Positions 25,502 to 34,130 of a stretch of 64,000 nucleotides of DNA are shown in pieces. Under the pieces are notes generated by a model. That model saw nothing but the letters and a program-made list of their open reading frames with translations, made no database searches and had not been told where the DNA came from. The translations under genes were made by a program, and so were the position numbers. Every line of letters starts with the position of its first letter. The first letter of the stretch is position 1. The stretch covers positions 28,181-92,180 of the forward strand of contig CADCBP010000002.1 of assembly GCA_902799705.1 (NCBI GenBank), given 5' to 3'. This DNA comes from an uncultured Bacteroidales bacterium (GTDB lineage: Bacteria > Bacteroidota > Bacteroidia > Bacteroidales > Paludibacteraceae).

Positions 25502-27037
25502 ATGAGTAAAGCATTATTGATGATTTTGGATGGCTGGGGAATCGGCAACAAGAGTAAAGCCGATGTCATCAGCGTCACTCCGACGCCACACTGGGATGCG
25601 CTGTTAGCGACATATCCGCACTCTCAGTTACAGGCGAGCGGCGAGAATGTAGGTCTGCCCGACGGACAGATGGGTAACTCGGAAGTGGGACACCTCAATA
25701 TCGGTGCCGGACGCGTGGTCTATCAGGATCTGGTGAAGATCAACCGTGCGATCCGCGACAACTCGATCATGCAGAACGCCGAGATCGTAGCGGCTTACAA
25801 GGCAGCGCAGTCATCCGGCAAGAAACTGCATATCATGGGCCTGTGCTCCAACGGCGGTGTACACTCGAGCCTGGATCACCTGTTCAAGCTGGTGGAGATC
25901 GCGAAGGAATACGGGGTAGCCGATAAGACTTTCGTGCATTGCTTCATGGACGGCCGTGACACGGATCCGCGCAGCGGCAAGGGCTTTATCGAGCAGTTGC
26001 AAGGTCTCTGCGACCAGACGGGTGCACATATCGCGTCTATCATCGGCCGTTTCTACGCGATGGACCGTGACAAACGCTGGGAGCGTATCAAAGTGGCATA
26101 CGACCAACTCGTGAACGGCGAGGGCCGCAAAGAGACCGACATGGTGGCAGCAGTACAAGGTTGCTACGACCGCCATACGGAGGAGCACAAAGACACCGAT
26201 GAGTTCATGGAGCCGCTGGTGAACGCCAACTGCGACGGACGTATTGCGGAGGGCGATGTAGTCATCTTCTTCAACTACCGCAACGACCGCGCGAAAGAGA
26301 TCACTATCGTGCTGACGCAGCAAGACATGCCGGAGCAGGGCATGAAGACCATCAAGAACCTGCACTACTGCTGCATGACGCCGTACGACTCGTCCTTCAC
26401 GGGTCTGCATATCCTCTTCCCGAAAGAGAACGTGGAGAACACGCTGGGTGAGGTAGTGAGCAACTTAGGTCTGAAACAACTACGTATCGCCGAGACGGAG
26501 AAGTTCGCACATGTGACGTTCTTCTTCAACGGCGGCCGCGAGGCGGAGTATCCGGGTGAGGAGCGTATCTTGATCCCGAGTCCGAAAGTGCCGACCTACG
26601 ACATGAAACCCGAGATGAGTGCACCGGAAGTGACGGAAGCCCTCATCGCAGCGATCAAGACGCAGAAGTTCGATTATATCACGCTGAACTTCGCGAACGG
26701 CGACATGGTCGGTCATACGGGTGTCTATGAGGCCATCGTGAAAGCCGTGCGTACGATAGACGACTGCTCGCACCGCGTGATAGAGGCCGCGCTTGAAAAC
26801 GGCTATGAGATCATCGTGATTGCCGACCACGGCAACTGCGACAACGCCATCAATCCGGACGGCACGCCGAACACGGCGCACTCGCTCAACCCGGTTCCTT
26901 TCGTATATATCTCCAAGGATCACAAGGACGCGCACGTGGAGAACGGTATTCTCGCCGACGTGGCTCCGTCGCTCTGTCATATCATGGGCATCGAGCAGCC
27001 GAAGGAGATGACGGGAAGGTGTTTAATCAAAGATTAA
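25502..27037 (+). CDS. gpmI: 2,3-bisphosphoglycerate-independent phosphoglycerate mutase
   Basis: 511 aa. [25 protein letters not shown] motifs. Confidence 0.95.
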   Translation: MSKALLMILDGWGIGNKSKADVISVTPTPHWDALLATYPHSQLQASGENVGLPDGQMGNSEVGHLNIGAGRVVYQDLVKINRAIRDNSIMQNAEIVAAYKAAQSSGKKLHIMGLCSNGGVHSSLDHLFKLVEIAKEYGVADKTFVHCFMDGRDTDPRSGKGFIEQLQGLCDQTGAHIASIIGRFYAMDRDKRWERIKVAYDQLVNGEGRKETDMVAAVQGCYDRHTEEHKDTDEFMEPLVNANCDGRIAEGDVVIFFNYRNDRAKEITIVLTQQDMPEQGMKTIKNLHYCCMTPYDSSFTGLHILFPKENVENTLGEVVSNLGLKQLRIAETEKFAHVTFFFNGGREAEYPGEERILIPSPKVPTYDMKPEMSAPEVTEALIAAIKTQKFDYITLNFANGDMVGHTGVYEAIVKAVRTIDDCSHRVIEAALENGYEIIVIADHGNCDNAINPDGTPNTAHSLNPVPFVYISKDHKDAHVENGILADVAPSLCHIMGIEQPKEMTGRCLIKD

Positions 27038-27040
27038 ACA

Positions 27041-27061
27041 GTTTAGGGTTTAGTGTTTAGG
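27041..27061. repeat. tandem heptamer repeat GTTTAGG GTTTAGT GTTTAGG
   Basis: Read directly, starting 4 nt after the gpmI stop. Its reverse complement (CCTAAACACTAAAC) recurs at 58382. Confidence 0.85.
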
Positions 27062-27081
27062 AGAAAGAAAATGCAAAAAGA

Positions 27082-27109
27082 AAGCGACCTGCAATGATGC
27101 GGGTCGCTT
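27082..27109. terminator. bidirectional rho-independent terminator (12-bp stem, 4-nt loop)
   Basis: AAGCGACCTGCAatgaTGCGGGTCGCTT with T-rich flanks on both strands. It lies between convergent gpmI and the small lipoprotein gene. Confidence 0.75.
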
Positions 27110-27126
27110 CTTCTTTGAAGAGTTGA

Positions 27127-27354
27127 TTATTTGTTTTTCTCAACCTCCGTAGCAACGTCTTGTCCGAGCTCAACAGCGCGCTCGATAAGGGTTTGCTCTT
27201 CTTGAGCCGGAGCCTGTTCCTCAGCGGGAGCAGGAGCAGCAACTTCAACAGCAGCAGGTGCAGGAGCAGCCTCTGCCTCTTCAGCCTTCTCGGCTTTGTT
27301 TGCGCAGCTGAGTGCAGCCAGTGCAACAGCTACGATAAGCATCATCTTTTTCAT
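27127..27354 (-). CDS. small acidic lipoprotein (75 aa)
   Basis: MKKMMLIVAVALAALSCANKAEKAEEAEAAPAPAAVEVAAPAPAEEQ... It has a lipobox LSC. The start was trimmed to the signal-peptide Met at 27354. Confidence 0.6.
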   Translation of the reverse strand: MKKMMLIVAVALAALSCANKAEKAEEAEAAPAPAAVEVAAPAPAEEQAPAQEEQTLIERAVELGQDVATEVEKNK

Positions 27355-27396
27355 AACGTTCTTTGATTTTAGAGTTAATAAAAACAAAAATCGTGG

Positions 27397-27404
27397 CAAA
27401 GGTA
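27397..27404 (-). promoter_or_regulatory. -7 box TACCTTTG upstream of the 75-aa lipoprotein gene
   Basis: The reverse complement of caaaggta lies about 43 nt upstream of the start at 27354. Confidence 0.45.
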
Positions 27405-27454
27405 CTGCTTTTTCTTCAAATCTCCAAATAAATCTGTATTTTTTTATAAAAAAA

Positions 27455-27480
27455 AGAGCGGCCCTGACGGGGTCGCTTCT
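27455..27480 (-). terminator. probable terminator hairpin after the 49-aa lipoprotein gene
   Basis: GAGCGGCCCtgacGGGGTCGCTT is an imperfect stem with one bulge, followed on the minus strand by a T-run. Confidence 0.45.
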
Positions 27481-27517
27481 TTTCCAAGGTTTTTGTACCT
27501 TTTCTTTGAGCAACAAA

Positions 27518-27667
27518 TTACTCAGCGATGGTGTCGCTCTCGACAACCTCAACTACCTCAACCTCAGCATTAGCGCAGGAGTCCTGGCAGCACTTTTTGT
27601 CGCAGCACTTGTTGCCGCAGCTCATAGCAGCGAATGCTACAGCTACGATAAGAAGCATCTTCTTCAT
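27518..27667 (-). CDS. small Cys-rich lipoprotein (49 aa), paralogous signal peptide to the 27127-27354 product
   Basis: MKKMLLIVAVAFAAMSCGNKCCDKKCCQDSCANAEVEVVEVVESDTIAE. The start was trimmed from the GTG ORF at 27742 to the signal-peptide Met. Confidence 0.5.
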   Translation of the reverse strand: MKKMLLIVAVAFAAMSCGNKCCDKKCCQDSCANAEVEVVEVVESDTIAE

Positions 27668-27854
27668 AAGTTTAACAATTTTTTTAATTTCTGGAGTTTT
27701 GTCTTCGTCGGGTTGCGTAATTGAACTTATCCCGAGTTGCACAAACCTTCATACTTTTGGGGTTAATAAAGCTTTATTTTACTAAAATCTCTCGCCTTTT
27801 TGCGAAAAACGCTGCAAAAGTACAACAATTTTTGGATATGTGCAAAAAAAACTG

Positions 27855-27862
27855 TAATTTTG
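27855..27862 (+). promoter_or_regulatory. -7 box TAATTTTG upstream of the PASTA-domain gene
   Basis: ctgTAATTTTGcgc lies about 20 nt before the ATG at 27883. Confidence 0.5.
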
Positions 27863-27882
27863 CGCAATAAATTTTGCATTTT

Positions 27883-28704
27883 ATGGATAAAAAGGGTTTT
27901 TTTGATACATCTGACGTCAAATTTGTGATTCTAAACATCATTTTTGCGGTGTTAGTGACTCTCGCTATTTTAGTATGCCTGATCGTCTGGTTGCGTGACT
28001 ACACGCAGCATGGTATAGAAGAGGAGGTGGAGGACGTGCGCGGACTGGTAGAAGCGGAGGCGGAACCGTTGTTGGCCGCCCAGGGGCTCCGGCTGATTGT
28101 GGTGGACTCCACGTATTCGGACAAAGTTCCTTTTGGCACGATTGTTGAACAGGATCCAAAGCCGATGAGTCACGTCAAGCATGGTCGTGCTGTTTATGTG
28201 ACCATCAATGCGACGACGCGCCGCAAAGTGACGATGCCTGATTTGCAGGATATGAGTTACCGTCAGGCGGAGACGACGCTTCTCGGCATGGGGTTGCAGG
28301 TGGACACGGTCTATGAGTACGAACCATCGGAATACAAGGACCTGGTGCTGGATGTTAAGCGCGGCGAAGAGAGTCTTAGACCGGGGATGAAAGTGGATGT
28401 GGGAACGGAAGTCCGTCTCGTTGTGGGGCAAGGCCGTGGAACAGAGATGGTACGTGTGCCCAATGTCATTGGAATGACTCTGCAGGAGGCTCGCAGTACG
28501 CTGCTGAACCGCCATCTGACGGTTGGCGCAGTCTATTATGACGAACCCAAAGAAGGCAACAGAGAGCAATATGTATATAGCCAGACACCGAATATAGGGG
28601 AAGAACTGATAGAAGGAGAAACGGTGGCGTTGCGGCTGTCCGTCGATAGGAAGAAAGCATCGAAAAGCAATGTCGATACAGATCAAGCCGATGAATGGTT
28701 TTAA
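27883..28704 (+). CDS. PASTA domain-containing membrane protein
   Basis: N-terminal TM VILNIIFAVLVTLAILVCLIVWL followed by three ~65-aa repeats with PASTA-like pattern (VPDL/VPNVIG...A...L...GL...). Confidence 0.75.
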   Translation: MDKKGFFDTSDVKFVILNIIFAVLVTLAILVCLIVWLRDYTQHGIEEEVEDVRGLVEAEAEPLLAAQGLRLIVVDSTYSDKVPFGTIVEQDPKPMSHVKHGRAVYVTINATTRRKVTMPDLQDMSYRQAETTLLGMGLQVDTVYEYEPSEYKDLVLDVKRGEESLRPGMKVDVGTEVRLVVGQGRGTEMVRVPNVIGMTLQEARSTLLNRHLTVGAVYYDEPKEGNREQYVYSQTPNIGEELIEGETVALRLSVDRKKASKSNVDTDQADEWF

Positions 28705-29759
28705 AGGTGAAAAGTGAAGAAGACATAGAGCAAGAGGACTTGTTTGAGCGCTGGCGTTGCGAGGTGGACAAGGGTCAAGGCAAGGAACGCATTGACAAAT
28801 ACCTCGCGGAACACATGACCAACACCAGCCGCAACCGCATCCAGACGGCTGCGGATGCCGGAAATGTATGGGTGAACGGCTGTGCCGTCGCTTCGAACTA
28901 CCGCGTCAAACCCGGCGATGTAATCCAGGTGCTGCTGGACCATGAGCCTCATGATTTCACCATCACGCCGGAGAATATCCCGTTGGATATCGTGTATGAG
29001 GACGACGACTTGCTGGTTGTCAACAAACCCGCGGGACTGGTTGTGCATCCCGGGCATGGCAACTACGAGCACACGCTGTTGCATGCCCTGGCATGGCACT
29101 TTGAGCATTCAGAAGTCAGCAATCAGAAGTCAGCTATCGATATCAACGATCCGTCCATTGGGTTGGTTCACCGGATAGACAAAGACACTTCGGGCTTGCT
29201 GCTCATCGCCAAGACGCCGGAAGCGAAGGCGCACCTTGCCAAGCAGTTCTTCGACCATACGACCGAGCGTACCTATAACGCCCTTGTGTGGGGCACTTTC
29301 AAAGAGCAGAGCGGGACGATTGAAGGGGCCCTCGCGCGCGACAACCGCGACCGCACGATATATAGGGTGTGGGATTTGGAAGAATGTCCGCAAGCGAAAG
29401 AGGCTGTCACCCACTGGCGTGTGTTGGAGCAGTTCCCGTATGTGACACTGGTGGAGTGTCGTCTGGAGACGGGGCGTACGCACCAGATACGCGTGCATAT
29501 GAAGCATATAGGCCATCCGCTTTTCTGCGATGAGAAATACGGCGGGTGCGAGATCCTAAAAGGTCTGCGCACGCAGAAATACAAACAGTATATAGAGAAT
29601 TGTTTCGCCCTCTGTCCGCGCCAGGTGCTGCACGCGCGTACGCTGGGTTTCACCCATCCGCGTACCGGAGAACGGATGTTCTTCGATAGCCAATGGCCGG
29701 AAGACATGACGAACGTAATCAATAAATGGAGACATTATGAGCCAAATACTCTGGGTTGA
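28695..29759 (+). CDS. rluD: RluA-family 23S rRNA pseudouridine synthase (RluD-like)
   Basis: 354 aa. S4 domain (RIDKYL...), catalytic HRIDKDTSGLLL, and HQIRVH motif. It carries the in-frame heptamer-repeat segment HSEVSNQKSAID. Confidence 0.88.
   Translation: MVLKVKSEEDIEQEDLFERWRCEVDKGQGKERIDKYLAEHMTNTSRNRIQTAADAGNVWVNGCAVASNYRVKPGDVIQVLLDHEPHDFTITPENIPLDIVYEDDDLLVVNKPAGLVVHPGHGNYEHTLLHALAWHFEHSEVSNQKSAIDINDPSIGLVHRIDKDTSGLLLIAKTPEAKAHLAKQFFDHTTERTYNALVWGTFKEQSGTIEGALARDNRDRTIYRVWDLEECPQAKEAVTHWRVLEQFPYVTLVECRLETGRTHQIRVHMKHIGHPLFCDEKYGGCEILKGLRTQKYKQYIENCFALCPRQVLHARTLGFTHPRTGERMFFDSQWPEDMTNVINKWRHYEPNTLG
29110..29137. repeat. tandem heptamer repeat CAGAAGT CAGCAAT CAGAAGT CAGCTAT inside rluD
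   Basis: Read directly and in frame (SEVSNQKSAI). Confidence 0.85.
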
Positions 29760-31317
29760 CGATGAGATAGATCTCTTGCAACCATACATCATTTACCTCA
29801 AAGGCAAAGGATACGACGTAATCACCGCCACGAACGGCGAGGATGCGATTGAAGTCATCAGCAGTCAGCAGTCAGCAGTCAGCATCGTCTTCTTGGATGA
29901 GAACATGCCGGGAATGACAGGGTTGGAGACGCTGCAGGAGATGAAGCGGTTGCGTCCGGAGGTGCCGGTAGTGATGATTACCAAGTCCGAAGAAGAACAT
30001 ATCATGGAGCAGGCTATCGGAGAGAAGATCGCCGACTATCTCATCAAACCCGTCAATCCCAGCCAGATACTCCTGTGTCTGAAGAAACATGTACACCAGC
30101 AGGCCATCGTCAGCGAGCAGGTGCAGCAGAACTACCGCCAGGAGTGGGGGGATATATCCTATATGATCGACACCGCCAGTACGATTGAGGAGTGGCAGGC
30201 TATCGAGCGTGCGCTCAGCAAATGGGATCTCGAGCTGGCGGGGCTGGAACAGGAACAAGCGGGCCGGGCCGGCATGCATAGTCTGGTGGAAGACCAGCGC
30301 ACGCAAGCCAATGCCGCTTTCGCCAAATGGATAGCGAAGAACTATGAGAGTTGGTTCTCAGCCGTCAGCAGTCAGCCGTCAGCAGTCAGACCGGTCATGT
30401 CTCATGACCTGATGAAGCACGCCGTCTTTCCGCTGCTTGACAAAGGGGAGAAAGTGCTGCTCTGCGTGATAGATAACTTCCGTTATGACCAATGGAAGAC
30501 CATCCAGCCGCTGTTGAGCGAATTCTATACCGTGCGCACGGAGAGTCAATATACATCTATCCTGCCGACGGCTACCCAGTATGCGCGCAATGCGATTTTC
30601 TCCGGTCTCCTGCCGTTGCAGATCCAACAGATGTTCCCGCAATACTGGGTTGAAGAGGGCGATGAAGAGAGTAAGAACCAGCATGAGAAGGAACTTGTCC
30701 AGACGCTGTTGGACCGCTATCGCCGCCGCGAGAGTTTTAACTACTGGAAGGTCAACGAGAGCGATTTCTGCGAACGCGTCATCCATCAACTCAAAGGTTC
30801 GCAAGCACCCCTGAATATCGTCGTGCTCAATTTCATCGACATGCTCTCGCACTCGCGTACAGAGAGTAAGATGATGCGCGAGTTGGCGAACGACGAGTCG
30901 GCGTACCGCAGTCTGACGCTCAGTTGGTTCCGTCACTCGCCGATCTATGAACTGCTGCGGCTGGCGGCCGAGTGGGGTTATACGCTGGTGCTCACCACCG
31001 ATCACGGCACCACGCGCGTGAAGAACGCCGTACAGATAGTGGCGGACAAGAACACGAACACCAATATCCGTTATAAGGTCGGCAAAGCGCTCAATTGCAG
31101 TTCGAAGAATGTCTTCTCTATAGAGCAACCCAAGCGCGTGGGCTTGCCCTGCCCGAATGTGAGCAGCAGTTATGCGTTCTGTACCGGCAGCGATTTCTTC
31201 GCTTACCCGAATCAGTTCAACTATTACGCACAATACTACCGCAACACCTTCCAGCACGGCGGTATATCGCTGGAAGAGATGATTATTCCTTTGGTTACGC
31301 TTGTCCAGAAACGATGA
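29737..31317 (+). CDS. porX: PorX-type T9SS response regulator (CheY receiver + PglZ/alkaline-phosphatase-like domain)
   Basis: 526 aa. Receiver ILWVDDEIDLL...VFLDENMPGMTG...ADYLIKP followed by a PglZ domain (VIDNFRYDQW...TTDHGT). The architecture matches Porphyromonas gingivalis PorX. Confidence 0.85.
   Translation: MSQILWVDDEIDLLQPYIIYLKGKGYDVITATNGEDAIEVISSQQSAVSIVFLDENMPGMTGLETLQEMKRLRPEVPVVMITKSEEEHIMEQAIGEKIADYLIKPVNPSQILLCLKKHVHQQAIVSEQVQQNYRQEWGDISYMIDTASTIEEWQAIERALSKWDLELAGLEQEQAGRAGMHSLVEDQRTQANAAFAKWIAKNYESWFSAVSSQPSAVRPVMSHDLMKHAVFPLLDKGEKVLLCVIDNFRYDQWKTIQPLLSEFYTVRTESQYTSILPTATQYARNAIFSGLLPLQIQQMFPQYWVEEGDEESKNQHEKELVQTLLDRYRRRESFNYWKVNESDFCERVIHQLKGSQAPLNIVVLNFIDMLSHSRTESKMMRELANDESAYRSLTLSWFRHSPIYELLRLAAEWGYTLVLTTDHGTTRVKNAVQIVADKNTNTNIRYKVGKALNCSSKNVFSIEQPKRVGLPCPNVSSSYAFCTGSDFFAYPNQFNYYAQYYRNTFQHGGISLEEMIIPLVTLVQKR
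29859..29886. repeat. tandem heptamer repeat CAGCAGT x3 + CAGCATC inside the porX receiver domain
   Basis: Read directly. It encodes SSQQSAVS in frame. Confidence 0.9.
30359..30393. repeat. tandem heptamer repeat CAGCCGT CAGCAGT CAGCCGT CAGCAGT CAGACCG inside porX
   Basis: Read directly. It encodes SAVSSQPSAVRP in frame, in the receiver-PglZ linker region. Confidence 0.9.
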
Positions 31318-32204
31318 AGTCCCGTACGAAAAATAGAATCTTGTGGAGTCTTTCCATTATCTTGACGATGGTGGCATGCGCGGCGCTTTGGTCGTGTCAT
31401 AAACCCCATCCGGAAACTTCGCATCGTCTCACGGTGCTGACATGGAATACGGAGCGGATGGGTAATTTCGCCAAGCCCGACAAGAACGAAGTGCTGCGCT
31501 ATCTGATGGCGCAGGATGCGGATGTGATATGCCTGCAGGAGGTCGATGTATATAAGCGTCCGCAGTTCCTGACGCTGCAGGAAGTGAAGGATGTGTTAGG
31601 GCGTAAGTACCGCTATTCGTACCTGGATTTCTCTATTTACGACAGCCGCCATCAGTTCGGGACGATGGTGTGGTCGCATTATCCGCTGATCAACAAGCAG
31701 AGTATCCGTTATGAGACGCGCGGAAACATCAGTAACCGTTGTGACATCGTGGTAGAAGGCGATACGCTGCGGCTGATCAACAACCACCTTGAGTCGTACA
31801 GCTTCACGTCAGAAGACCTGGCCGAGATGGATTCGCTGCATAACTACGAAGGACTGTTAGCATCCGCCAAGCGTCTCGAGGCCAAATGGCGGCGCGCTAC
31901 ACCGCTACGCAATGAGCAGGCGCGCGTCGTGCGAAAAGAGATAGAGGAAAGCCCTTATCCCGTGATTGTCGTAGGCGACTTCAATGCCATGCCGTGGAGC
32001 TATGCGTACCGGCATATCCGTCAGGGGCTGCATGATGCCTGGCGCTCCAACCATTTGGGCTATGGCGCTACATGCGAGCATCGCGGTATTGGAATCCGGA
32101 TTGATTATATCCTGTCGTCCGAATCAATCATCCCGACTTCTTGCACCATACAAGAAACTACCGGTTCAGATCATAAACCGGTAGTTGCTACACTCGAGTG
32201 GTAA
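31314..32204 (+). CDS. endonuclease/exonuclease/phosphatase (EEP) family lipoprotein
   Basis: MKSRTKNRILWSLSIILTMVACAALWSC, then LTWNTE, CLQEVD, VVGDFN and GSDHKPV motifs. There is an ATGA overlap with the porX stop. The 31095 ORF N-terminal extension was rejected. Confidence 0.85.
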   Translation: MKSRTKNRILWSLSIILTMVACAALWSCHKPHPETSHRLTVLTWNTERMGNFAKPDKNEVLRYLMAQDADVICLQEVDVYKRPQFLTLQEVKDVLGRKYRYSYLDFSIYDSRHQFGTMVWSHYPLINKQSIRYETRGNISNRCDIVVEGDTLRLINNHLESYSFTSEDLAEMDSLHNYEGLLASAKRLEAKWRRATPLRNEQARVVRKEIEESPYPVIVVGDFNAMPWSYAYRHIRQGLHDAWRSNHLGYGATCEHRGIGIRIDYILSSESIIPTSCTIQETTGSDHKPVVATLEW

Positions 32205-32210
32205 AGTCAT

Positions 32211-32969
32211 TTACAGCCGCTGGTGGTAGTGGTAGTCCTTGAAGCGATCGTCTTCATCGTCGCTATTGCGGTCGAATCGTTGCTTAAGGGATTGCCACCA
32301 GCCGATGATTTTTGGTTCCCGCCAGTTGATATGTCGCCAGTAGAGGATGAGAAGCCATCCGAAAAGCAGTCCTCCCAAGTGGGCGAAGTGGGCTACATGG
32401 TCTGCCGTCAGTCCGGCAACCGAACCGAGACCGGCGAAAAGCTCGATAAGCGCATATATAATAACGAACGTACGCGCGCGTATAGGGATGGGAAGGAAGA
32501 TGATGTACATCGGCACATCCGGGTAGAGCCATCCGAAGGCGAAAAGGATTCCGAAGACGGCGCCCGAAGCACCGATGGTGTTGAGTAATGCACCGTAATA
32601 GGCGATACTGGTAGCATCATAACTCGCGCTCATATTCGAGAGCATCAAGGCCCACACGGCTTCTTGTACGATTGCCGCACCCAGACCGCAGACGATATAA
32701 TAAATCAAGAAGCGACCGGCACCCCATTCGTTCTCAATGACCGGAGCGAACATCCATACCGCGAACATATTGAAAAAGATATGACTCAGGTTCGCGTGCA
32801 GGAACATATAGGTGAGCGGTTGCCACCAATGGAAGGTTGGTGCGGAGACATAATGCAACCCGCCCCAAGCATTCAAATCCACTCCATACCGTTGCAGGAA
32901 GGAGGTGAGCAGAAAGATAACTAAATTGGCTACAAGCAGGTAGCGCGTAATAGGAGGTAAATTTCTCAT
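32211..32969 (-). CDS. rhomboid-family intramembrane serine protease
   Basis: 252 aa. FLHANLSHIFFNM, catalytic GASGAVFG, and HLGGLLFG His motif. Confidence 0.9.
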   Translation of the reverse strand: MRNLPPITRYLLVANLVIFLLTSFLQRYGVDLNAWGGLHYVSAPTFHWWQPLTYMFLHANLSHIFFNMFAVWMFAPVIENEWGAGRFLIYYIVCGLGAAIVQEAVWALMLSNMSASYDATSIAYYGALLNTIGASGAVFGILFAFGWLYPDVPMYIIFLPIPIRARTFVIIYALIELFAGLGSVAGLTADHVAHFAHLGGLLFGWLLILYWRHINWREPKIIGWWQSLKQRFDRNSDDEDDRFKDYHYHQRL

Positions 32970-33101
32970 AACGGCGACAAAATTAGTAAAAAATCATGAA
33001 TAAACAGAATAAAAAGTGTGCTTTTTTGAGGAAAATGCAGTTTTTTTTATAAAAAAGTGATTTTTTTTTTCAAAAATATTTGCAGAATAAAGTTTTTTTA
33101 G

Positions 33102-33109
33102 TAATTTTG
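33102..33109 (+). promoter_or_regulatory. -7 box TAATTTTG upstream of hup
   Basis: ttagTAATTTTGcaagc lies about 65 nt upstream of the ATG at 33174. Confidence 0.5.
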
Positions 33110-33173
33110 CAAGCGTATTCCGAAAAAAGGAAGTAATAAATCACTTTATTAATAACTTTAAAAAACTAAAGGT

Positions 33174-33437
33174 ATGAACAAATCCGAACTTATTAAGGCA
33201 GCAGCAGCTAAGGCTGAGGTATCTGCAGCATTGGCAGGAAAAGTTCTCGACGCAGCTATTGAGGCAGCAGTAGAGGCAGTTAAGAAAGGCGAAGGCGTAC
33301 AGCTTATTGGTGTAGCTTCTATCGCTGTTAAGCAGCAGGCAGCTCGCAAGGCTAAGAACCCGCGTACCGGTGCCGTTATCGATGTTCCGGCTCGCAAGGT
33401 TGTTCGCATTAAACCGGGTGCTAAATTTGCTCTCTAA
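33174..33437 (+). CDS. hup: HU-family DNA-binding protein
   Basis: 87 aa. MNKSELI...GEGVQLIGVASIAVKQQAARKAKNPRTGAVIDVPARKVVRIKPG is the classic HU arm. Confidence 0.92.
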   Translation: MNKSELIKAAAAKAEVSAALAGKVLDAAIEAAVEAVKKGEGVQLIGVASIAVKQQAARKAKNPRTGAVIDVPARKVVRIKPGAKFAL

Positions 33438-33457
33438 TTAGGCAATGTAGCTTTTAA

Positions 33458-33493
33458 ACGAGTTGCCCGCATATTGGGCGGCTCGTTTTTTTC
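33458..33493 (+). terminator. rho-independent terminator after hup
   Basis: ACGAGTTGCCCgcatattGGGCGGCTCGTttttttt has two G-U/mismatch positions. Confidence 0.7.
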
Positions 33494-33516
33494 GTCTGTT
33501 TATTCTATTTGTAACA

Positions 33517-34092
33517 ATGCTGAATATCATTTTAAGCGGCGCGCCGGGTAGCGGAAAAGGAACGCAGTCGGCCTTCATCGCCAATAAATACGGCGTGCAA
33601 CACCTCTCTACGGGAGATGTGCTGCGTGCGGAAATTGCCAGCGGCAGTGAGCTGGGTAAACAAATTGATGCCATCATTTCGAAAGGAAACTTAGTGCCTG
33701 ACGAATTGATGTACGGTGTGATCGATAACTATATAGCCAATCTTCCGGAAGGCTGCAAGGGTACGATCTTCGACGGTTATCCCCGTACAGTCGCGCAAGC
33801 AGAGGCCTTGACGGGCTTGCTCAAGAAATACAACATGGACGCGATCATGATTGACCTGATGGTTGACGAGCAGTTGCTTATCCAGCGCCTCATCGAGCGC
33901 GGAAAAGTAAGCGGTCGCGCGGACGACAACCTCAATACTATCCGTCACCGTATCGCCGTATATCACCAGCAAACAGAACCCATTGCGCATTACTACCTGC
34001 ATAACGGAAATTATTTCACCGTGAACGGAAACCACTCAATGGCGGACGTGTTCCTTCAGATCATGCGCGTCATTGAACTGGCTACCCGCTAA
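33517..34092 (+). CDS. adk: adenylate kinase
   Basis: MLNIILSGAPGSGKGTQS...LSTGDVLR...FDGYPRT. The start was trimmed from 33463 because the upstream part covers the hup terminator. Confidence 0.92.
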   Translation: MLNIILSGAPGSGKGTQSAFIANKYGVQHLSTGDVLRAEIASGSELGKQIDAIISKGNLVPDELMYGVIDNYIANLPEGCKGTIFDGYPRTVAQAEALTGLLKKYNMDAIMIDLMVDEQLLIQRLIERGKVSGRADDNLNTIRHRIAVYHQQTEPIAHYYLHNGNYFTVNGNHSMADVFLQIMRVIELATR

Positions 34093-34130
34093 CCCGCTAA
34101 CCCCCTAATCCTCTAATCCTCTAATCCTCC
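34085..34130. repeat. tandem octamer repeat (CCCGCTAA x2, CCCCCTAA, TCCTCTAA x2, TCCTCC)
   Basis: Read directly. It begins in the last codons of adk (stop TAA 34090-34092) and ends at the base before the obg ATG (34131). TAA recurs every 8 nt, so all three frames are hit. Confidence 0.9.

Noticed and set aside
27874-29759. The PASTA gene plus rluD as part of a Ser/Thr kinase (PknB-like) signalling module
   Set aside because: No kinase domain is present. The PASTA protein has only a TM anchor and three PASTA repeats, an arrangement I recall as common next to rluD in Bacteroidales.
31095-31313. An N-terminal extension of the EEP gene (ORF track start 31095) overlapping the porX 3' end
   Set aside because: The extension is out of character (no signal peptide). 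The internal Met at 31314 gives a canonical lipoprotein signal and an ATGA coupling to the porX stop.
29737-31317. The PglZ domain as a marker of a BREX or other PglZ-containing defence system
   Set aside because: Here PglZ is fused to a CheY receiver, which is exactly the PorX T9SS regulator architecture. No brxA/B/C/L, pglX or other BREX genes are adjacent.
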